Shown here: one piece after another, positions 58,489 to 64,000 of the stretch
Position numbering within the stretch: position 1 is the stretch's first letter
Layout: every line of letters starts with the position of its first letter
IMG/VR virus record: IMGVR_UViG_3300027859_000009
Span: 1-64,000 of that record
From: a virus
Direction: 5' to 3' (one strand)
DNA length: 64,000 nucleotides
Made by a program: the position numbers and the translations under genes
The notes under the pieces: generated by a model
Database searches by the model: none
What the model was told of the DNA's origin: nothing
What the model saw: the letters and a program-made list of their open reading frames with translations, nothing else

Positions 58489-58538
58489 TCACTCCAGATT
58501 TTTTTATGTCGTTTATTATGATTATATTTATACTATAA
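58489..58538 (+). promoter_or_regulatory. Early-promoter repeat, copy 6
   Basis: Same element upstream of the Prs-like gene. Confidence 0.8.
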
Positions 58539-58550
58539 CAAATTAAAGAT

Positions 58551-59414
58551 ATGCTACAACTTAACTTATATCCAAATCAGAAAAAAGGAATCAACTACGA
58601 AATTTATAAATTTCCAGACGGTCAACAATCTATTAAAATAGATGAATTTGCATTTCAACATGATCGATTTGAGGTAGAAATTGTAAGTCCTTTTACTTCA
58701 TTCCTAGATTTAGAATTAATAATCTGTGCAAATCAAGCTCTTAAAGAAATGGGAGTTCAAAAAGTCAGTTTATATACACCATATTTCTTAGGTGGTAGAA
58801 GTGATAGAAAATTCGAAGAAGGAACTTCAAACTATTTAAAAACAGTAGTTTGCCCAATTATTAACAGTCAAAACTTTCATAGAGTTACTGTTTTAGACCC
58901 ACATTCAGATGTAATAGAAGCGTGTCTTAATAACTTTAAAGGAATCGATACTGTTGATTTCGCTGAACAAGTTTTAAAAGATGTAAAAGCTCAATATTAT
59001 CCGGTACAAGATTTAGAATATCCTATCGTGCTTGTATCTCCAGATGCAGGTGCTCTCAAAAAAGTATTTAAAATTCAGAAAAGTACAGGTATTAAAAACC
59101 TAGTTATTGGTTCTAAGAATAGAGATGTCAAAGGACAAATAACACATACTTCTATTTCAGGACTGAAAGACATAAATATCTCAAACGCAACCTATATTAT
59201 CTTCGATGATATATGCGATGGAGGTAGAACTTTCCTTGAACTTGCTAAAGTTATAAAAAAGGAAAAAGAAAATGCTAGAATAGTTTTAGCAGTAACACAT
59301 GGTCTTTTTACTAAAGGTCTTCCGATCGAACATGTTGACCACGTATACACCACAGACTCTATTGTTCGTGAATTTGAATCAAAGAGTCTTACTATTATAA
59401 ATTGTAACAAATAA
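58551..59414 (+). CDS. Prs-like pyrophosphokinase (probable NARP1 Adps)
   Basis: FPDGQ, PY..G.R.DR, DPHS, SPDAGA and DDICDGGRTF motifs. Confidence 0.85.
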   Translation: MLQLNLYPNQKKGINYEIYKFPDGQQSIKIDEFAFQHDRFEVEIVSPFTSFLDLELIICANQALKEMGVQKVSLYTPYFLGGRSDRKFEEGTSNYLKTVVCPIINSQNFHRVTVLDPHSDVIEACLNNFKGIDTVDFAEQVLKDVKAQYYPVQDLEYPIVLVSPDAGALKKVFKIQKSTGIKNLVIGSKNRDVKGQITHTSISGLKDINISNATYIIFDDICDGGRTFLELAKVIKKEKENARIVLAVTHGLFTKGLPIEHVDHVYTTDSIVREFESKSLTIINCNK

Positions 59415-59425
59415 AAATCAATAAT

Positions 59426-60943
59426 ATGAAAATGAACAGCTTATTTTTAACAGATGGTTATAAAACTGGACACCATCAACAATATCCAAAAGGAACAAAC
59501 ACAGTTTATTCTAACTGGACACCAAGAGGAAACAAGTATGCACCGAGAGGTTGTGATAAAGTCGTTTCATTTGGACAACAAATGGTAATTCAATGGTTAG
59601 TAGACCATTTTAATGATAACTTCTTTAGTCAACCTAAAGAAAAAGTTTGCGGTCAAATGAAAGCTGAATTGTCAATGTACTTAAATACAGACTATGATGT
59701 AACTCATTTCGAAGAACTTCACGATTTAGGTTATCTTCCTATTGAAGTTAAATCTTTAGAAGAAGGAATCGAAGTTCCTTTAAGAGTTCCAATGTTGACA
59801 GTACAAAATACTGGAAACTTTGGATGGTTAACTAACTTTTTAGAGACTATTTTATCTAATATGTTATGGCAACCAATGACTTCAGCGACAATCGCTTTGT
59901 TATACAAGCGAATTTTAACTGAAGGTGCTTTAAAAACAGACAAAGATGCAATTGGTTTTGTAGACTTCCAGGGACATGATTTTTCTATGAGAGGAATGGG
60001 AGGATTTATGAGTACTATCTTAAGTGGACTAGGACATGCTGCCGCATTTAGTGGAAGTGATTCTTTGCCAGTTATTGCAGCAGCCAGAAACTACTACAAC
60101 GAATCTGGTTTCGTTGTCGGTTCAGTAAATGCCACGGAGCATTCAGTAATGTGTGCTGGAACTAAAGGAGATGAATTAGGAACCTTTAGAAGATTAATGG
60201 ATACCTATCCAACAGGAATATTAAGTATTGTATCTGATACCTGGGACTTATGGACAGTAGTCACTGATTATTTACCAGCATTAAAAGACGAAATTATGAG
60301 TCGAGATGGTAAAATAGTTATTCGACCTGACAGCGGAGACCCGGTAGATATTCTTTGTGGATATAACTCTCTTACGACAGACGAGTTCAAGGGCAAGGCA
60401 ATCACTGTGGGTGATGCACATCCTGCTAATAAAGGTTTAATTGAACTTTTATGGGAAACCTTTGGAGGAACTACAAATTCACAGGGCTACAAAGTCTTAG
60501 ACCAACATATTGGAGCAATTTATGGAGATAGTATTACTCCAGATCGAGCAAGACAAATTATTGAAAGACTTGCTAGAAAAGGATTCGCTTCTACAAACGT
60601 AGTTCTAGGTATTGGAAGTTACACTTATCAATATAACACTAGAGATACATTTGGTTTCGCAATGAAAGCAACCTATGTTGAAGTTGAAGGAAAAGGAAGA
60701 GAAATCTTTAAAGACCCTATCACAGATGATGGAACCAAAAAATCTGCAAAAGGTTTATTACATGTAAGTAAGAACCCAGAAACTGGAGAACTAGAACTAA
60801 GAGATATGGTTTCTAGAAAAACAGAAGCAGAAGGAGAATTAAAAACTATTTTCAAAGACGGTAAATTCTACAATAGAACTACCTTAACTGAAGTTAGAAA
60901 TAAAATCTCTAACTTGATTACAGACCCTAAATTGGTTAAATAA
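59426..60943 (+). CDS. NAMPT-like transferase (probable NARP1 Namat)
   Basis: TDGYK..H, HDFSMRG, ATEHS, SDT, RPDSG, YGDSI and K.PITD.G.KKSAKG motifs. Confidence 0.88.
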   Translation: MKMNSLFLTDGYKTGHHQQYPKGTNTVYSNWTPRGNKYAPRGCDKVVSFGQQMVIQWLVDHFNDNFFSQPKEKVCGQMKAELSMYLNTDYDVTHFEELHDLGYLPIEVKSLEEGIEVPLRVPMLTVQNTGNFGWLTNFLETILSNMLWQPMTSATIALLYKRILTEGALKTDKDAIGFVDFQGHDFSMRGMGGFMSTILSGLGHAAAFSGSDSLPVIAAARNYYNESGFVVGSVNATEHSVMCAGTKGDELGTFRRLMDTYPTGILSIVSDTWDLWTVVTDYLPALKDEIMSRDGKIVIRPDSGDPVDILCGYNSLTTDEFKGKAITVGDAHPANKGLIELLWETFGGTTNSQGYKVLDQHIGAIYGDSITPDRARQIIERLARKGFASTNVVLGIGSYTYQYNTRDTFGFAMKATYVEVEGKGREIFKDPITDDGTKKSAKGLLHVSKNPETGELELRDMVSRKTEAEGELKTIFKDGKFYNRTTLTEVRNKISNLITDPKLVK

Positions 60944-60960
60944 AAATCATAGATAAATAT

Positions 60961-60990
60961 AGCAGAGTGAAACTATTCACTCTGCTTTTA
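60961..60990 (+). terminator. Intrinsic terminator
   Basis: AGCAGAGTGAA-ACTA-TTCACTCTGCT plus TTT. Confidence 0.75.
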
Positions 60991-61000
60991 TATTAAAAGT

Positions 61001-61264
61001 ATGCAGTTAAAAGAACAAATTATATACGTTAAAAAAATTGTAAGTAGTTGCAAAACAGAAGAACAAAAAACTGTAGCGACTTCTTGGGCTGAAAACTGGG
61101 CTAAAAGAATGCAAAAGATATTTCCCAATGTTATAGATAATTGGGTAGATTTATTTATAGAGGTTATGCAAGTTAAATGTACATGTTCAACTGGAAAAGT
61201 TGTTAAGTCACATAACCCAAACTGCAGTTATATGAATGAAATCTTTGGAGAAAATGTGGGATAG
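61001..61264 (+). CDS. Hypothetical protein
   Basis: ORF track. Confidence 0.55.
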   Translation: MQLKEQIIYVKKIVSSCKTEEQKTVATSWAENWAKRMQKIFPNVIDNWVDLFIEVMQVKCTCSTGKVVKSHNPNCSYMNEIFGENVG

Positions 61265-61523
61265 AGATAGTAGAATTTTAATGGTATTTCTTTTATTCCT
61301 TTTAGGTTTAATTCTTTTAGCATCTTGTGGAACTAAAGTAATTACAATAAAAGAGCAATTTCCAGTAACTTTTAAATATGAACTAGAGATTCCCCACCAT
61401 AACTTAAATAATGAGTGTTTTCCTGAAAAAACCATAACATTTTTATGTAAAGATACCATTAAATTAGAATATGAATATGTTAGAAATTTTAAAAGATATA
61501 TAAGGAGAAATGGCAAAAAATAA
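61236..61523 (+). CDS. Putative lipoprotein
   Basis: Hydrophobic signal followed by lipobox LASC. The start may be ATG 61254. Confidence 0.55.
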   Translation: MKSLEKMWDRDSRILMVFLLFLLGLILLASCGTKVITIKEQFPVTFKYELEIPHHNLNNECFPEKTITFLCKDTIKLEYEYVRNFKRYIRRNGKK

Positions 61524-61833
61524 AAAGTCAGTGAAAAAGCTTAAAGTAATACATGAAGAGTATAAAACTCTAAAACCAGGTGAGTTTAGACACGTTATTT
61601 TAGAGAATTTCTTTTTTGGTTTAAGTGGAGCTATCATAGTCCCATTTATCGCAGTTAGGTTAGATATAGCTGTTCTTATATGTTATATGATTCACTATTT
61701 CTATATTAGTAAAGTTATTAATAGGCCTAAATATGTTACTAGCCTTGCAAAATTTTTATTATTTCCTATTCCTACTGCACTAGGAGGCTTTACAGGATAC
61801 AAACTAGCATATTATATAAGTACACTACTATGA
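61510..61833 (+). CDS. Membrane protein (about 3 TM)
   Basis: Hydrophobic segments. Confidence 0.6.
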   Translation: MAKNKKSVKKLKVIHEEYKTLKPGEFRHVILENFFFGLSGAIIVPFIAVRLDIAVLICYMIHYFYISKVINRPKYVTSLAKFLLFPIPTALGGFTGYKLAYYISTLL

Positions 61834-62009
61834 CGAAAAAAACAGCATCTCAGAAAGATTACGAGCACATTAATTTAATTTTAAATGAAGCTGAAAAGCA
61901 TGGTTTAAAATGGGAAGTAGAACACGATGCTATAAAAATAATGAAAGAGCACCCAACTATGGATATGGTAGACGCATTTACACATGCATTTAATAATTGG
62001 GTAAAATAA
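61830..62009 (+). CDS. Micro-ORF, 59 aa (MTKKTASQ...NNWVK)
   Basis: Read manually; ATGA overlap. Confidence 0.55.
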   Translation: MTKKTASQKDYEHINLILNEAEKHGLKWEVEHDAIKIMKEHPTMDMVDAFTHAFNNWVK

Positions 62010-62015
62010 ACTAAA

Positions 62016-62204
62016 ATGGCAAAATTAATAAAAACAGTAGTAATACAAAAAACAATTACATACGAGGCAGATCTTTCTAAACAAGAGATAGAACAGTATT
62101 TAGAAAATGAAGATAGTTGCGTACTATTTGACTTTAAAGAAACTGAAGCTAAAGAAAGACAAACAGAGTGGGTAAGAATTTACACAGACCAAACACCATA
62201 TTAA
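62016..62204 (+). CDS. Hypothetical protein
   Basis: ORF track. Confidence 0.5.
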   Translation: MAKLIKTVVIQKTITYEADLSKQEIEQYLENEDSCVLFDFKETEAKERQTEWVRIYTDQTPY

Positions 62205-62369
62205 ATGACAAGAAAAGAATACGACAATAAACTTAATCAACTTTTAGAAAAAATTGAAGAACTAGAAAACAGCTCTGAAAAAAATTCTTTAGAAAAATTA
62301 AAACAATTAAGAAACGAAGTAGCAAGACTTAAATTAGAAAATTTAAACTTTTCTAATATTTTAGGTTAA
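62205..62369 (+). CDS. Micro-ORF, 54 aa, coiled coil
   Basis: Read manually (MTRKEYDNKL...). Confidence 0.5.
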   Translation: MTRKEYDNKLNQLLEKIEELENSSEKNSLEKLKQLRNEVARLKLENLNFSNILG

Positions 62370-62405
62370 GTCATAAACTTTTTTTATTTTTTTAATATAA
62401 CATAC

Positions 62406-62879
62406 ATGAAAATTATTTTAGTAGGAAAAGCAGCAGCAGGAAAAGATTATTTAAGAGAAAGATTAGAAAATAAATCTTTTATTTCTGGTGTAAGTCATAC
62501 AACTAGACCTCCAAGAAAAACAGAAAAAGACGGTGTAGATTATCATTATACTACAGAAGAAAAGTTTATAGAACTTATAGATTCCGGAGAAATGTTAGAA
62601 CACATGATATTCAAAGGAACTTATTATGGTTTAACAAAAGAAGAGTTTGAAAAAGGAGATATACTTATTATGTCTCCAGAAGGTTTAGAGCTTTTACCAG
62701 AAGACCTTAAAAATAAGTGCTTAATAATCTATTTAGATATTGAACCTACTACCAGATTAGTCCGATTAATCTTACGTAATGATAAAAACGACACATTAGA
62801 ACGTAGATTCGAGGCAGATGAAAAGCAATTTAAAAACTTTCAAGAATTCGATTTAAGGGTAACGAATTCAGAATTTTAA
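62406..62879 (+). CDS. gmk: Guanylate kinase-like nucleoside monophosphate kinase
   Basis: GKAAAGKD, SHTTRPPR..E.DGVDYHY and YYG motifs. Confidence 0.85.
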   Translation: MKIILVGKAAAGKDYLRERLENKSFISGVSHTTRPPRKTEKDGVDYHYTTEEKFIELIDSGEMLEHMIFKGTYYGLTKEEFEKGDILIMSPEGLELLPEDLKNKCLIIYLDIEPTTRLVRLILRNDKNDTLERRFEADEKQFKNFQEFDLRVTNSEF

Positions 62880-62912
62880 AGATATATAATTAACACCCTA
62901 AAATTTATATAA

Positions 62913-63461
62913 ATGTCAAAACTAGAAGACTTAAGAAAAAGAAGAGATGAACTAGAAAAAGAAGCACAGAGACTAACAGAGCTAGAAGCATCTAAAATTT
63001 TCACAGTAAAAATCGATGATGTGAAAATGATTAAAACAATCCAAGACCACCTTAACAAAGGTTACACATGGACCACAAAAAACGCAGCAATTATCGTAAC
63101 TCTATACGATAAGTTGAAAACTGAAAGAACTAGAATTACTAAAGAGGTTGCTGAACTTGGAACAGACCAAGAGGTTACTGATTACCAATCAGTTCTTGAA
63201 TTAAAAGCCTATGAGCTTAATGGTTTGTATCAAGCTCTATTGAATGTAAGCGGAGAAGGTATCGAAAATGCTAGAAAATTTATTAGAATGCTAACACTTG
63301 TTGGCGAATCAGTTACCGGAGCAATGAATGAAATGACCGAATCTAATAAAGTTATTACAGACCTGCACGTTGAATTAAATGACCTAGATGGAACTATTCA
63401 GCACCTAGAAGAGTCAGAAAAAACAGAAGAACTCGAACCTACTTTGACTAAAGACGTTTAA
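62913..63461 (+). CDS. Coiled-coil hypothetical protein
   Basis: GATATATA at 62881. Confidence 0.65.
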   Translation: MSKLEDLRKRRDELEKEAQRLTELEASKIFTVKIDDVKMIKTIQDHLNKGYTWTTKNAAIIVTLYDKLKTERTRITKEVAELGTDQEVTDYQSVLELKAYELNGLYQALLNVSGEGIENARKFIRMLTLVGESVTGAMNEMTESNKVITDLHVELNDLDGTIQHLEESEKTEELEPTLTKDV

Positions 63462-63470
63462 TTTTTCTAA

Positions 63471-63998
63471 ATGAAAGGTAAAACTTATATCACATCAAAT
63501 ATGCAACTTGGAAGGCCTTCTGCCATTGGAAAATGGAAAAGGCCTTTTAAAAATGTTGATGAAATGACAGAAACTCTAATAAAAAATTGGAACGATACTG
63601 TCACAGAAAGAGATACTGTATATCATTTGGGTAATTTTGCATGGGACCCTAAAACAGCATACGACTCTATACAAGCATTAAAAGGATTAAATATTTACTT
63701 TATTCTTGCTGAAACTGATGAGCCTTTATTAGAATTATGGGATAAAAATACACTTCCTAAAAATGTAAAAATAATAGATGATATTTATTTCGATTCTGAT
63801 AATAATAGAGTTTATTCATATTGGCCTTTGAAAGAATGGAAAAATAAATCAAAAGGAGCGTATAATATTGTTGGATATCCCAATAGAAAATATAAAACTT
63901 TACCAAAAAATAAAGTTATCAATTGCAGTGTAGACCAGTGTAATTTTAAACCGCAAGACTTAGAATCAATATTAGGTCTTCTTAAAGAAATAGAATAA
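63471..63998 (+). CDS. Calcineurin-like metallophosphoesterase fold with degenerate active site
   Basis: RPF.NV.EM...LI.NWN..V...D.VYHLG framework, but the metal ligands are substituted. Confidence 0.75.
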   Translation: MKGKTYITSNMQLGRPSAIGKWKRPFKNVDEMTETLIKNWNDTVTERDTVYHLGNFAWDPKTAYDSIQALKGLNIYFILAETDEPLLELWDKNTLPKNVKIIDDIYFDSDNNRVYSYWPLKEWKNKSKGAYNIVGYPNRKYKTLPKNKVINCSVDQCNFKPQDLESILGLLKEIE

Positions 63999-64000
63999 AA

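Noticed and set aside
791-58538. 50-bp repeats as IS ends or att sites
   Set aside because: All are in the same orientation directly upstream of start codons; there is no transposase or integrase and no target duplications.
342-63058. Numerous minus-strand and alternate-frame ORFs in the track (e.g. 8677-9108, 17099-17524, 26102-26491, 33306-33704, 34198-34476, 51386-51700)
   Set aside because: They overlap well-supported genes, have the Ser/Phe/Leu-rich composition of antisense shadows, and show no motifs.
1-64000. Stop-codon reassignment (TAG or TGA recoding, as in some Bacteroidota phages)
   Set aside because: Core genes are full-length in code 11, TAG and TGA end genes at expected positions (e.g. 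16440, 19194), and no suppressor tRNA is seen.

Overview
AT-rich 64-kb segment of a large T4-like (myovirus) phage genome. Almost all genes are on the + strand, in standard code 11. The host is most likely Bacteroidota/Flavobacteriia: translation starts are A-rich without Shine-Dalgarno motifs, early promoters resemble the TAnnTTTG box, and a DUF2452-like gene is present. Contents in order: the 3' end of a tmRNA, an HNH gene, tRNA-Leu(TAA) and tRNA-Arg(TCT); an early accessory block (SpoT-type HD hydrolase, SET protein); a candidate DNA-hypermodification cluster built around myo-inositol-1-phosphate synthase, a HAD phosphatase, an FkbM methyltransferase and an aGPT-PPlase/amino-acid:DNA-transferase-like protein; replication genes (family-B polymerase split into two genes 5.2 kb apart, NrdB/NrdA, clamp, UvsX, helicase, gp46/47, clamp loader, RNase H, ligase); head, packaging and tail genes (gp15, gp55, gp4, gp2, portal, protease-scaffold fusion, MCP, neck, terminases, sheath, tube, chaperones, tape measure); and an early region with micro-ORF arrays and a NARP1-like NAD+ reconstitution pair. 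Three promoter classes can be read from the sequence: a 50-bp early repeat (6 copies), (T/G)AAAC-N17-TATAA (11 copies), and GATATATA (about 14 exact intergenic copies plus variants). The most notable candidates are the inositol-linked DNA modification cluster, an 18-nt repeat delimiting micro-ORF cassettes, a likely +1 frameshift upstream of the tape measure gene, a family of T4-type capsid-targeted internal proteins, and a catalytically dead metallophosphoesterase. All family assignments come from motif recognition by eye; no searches were run.
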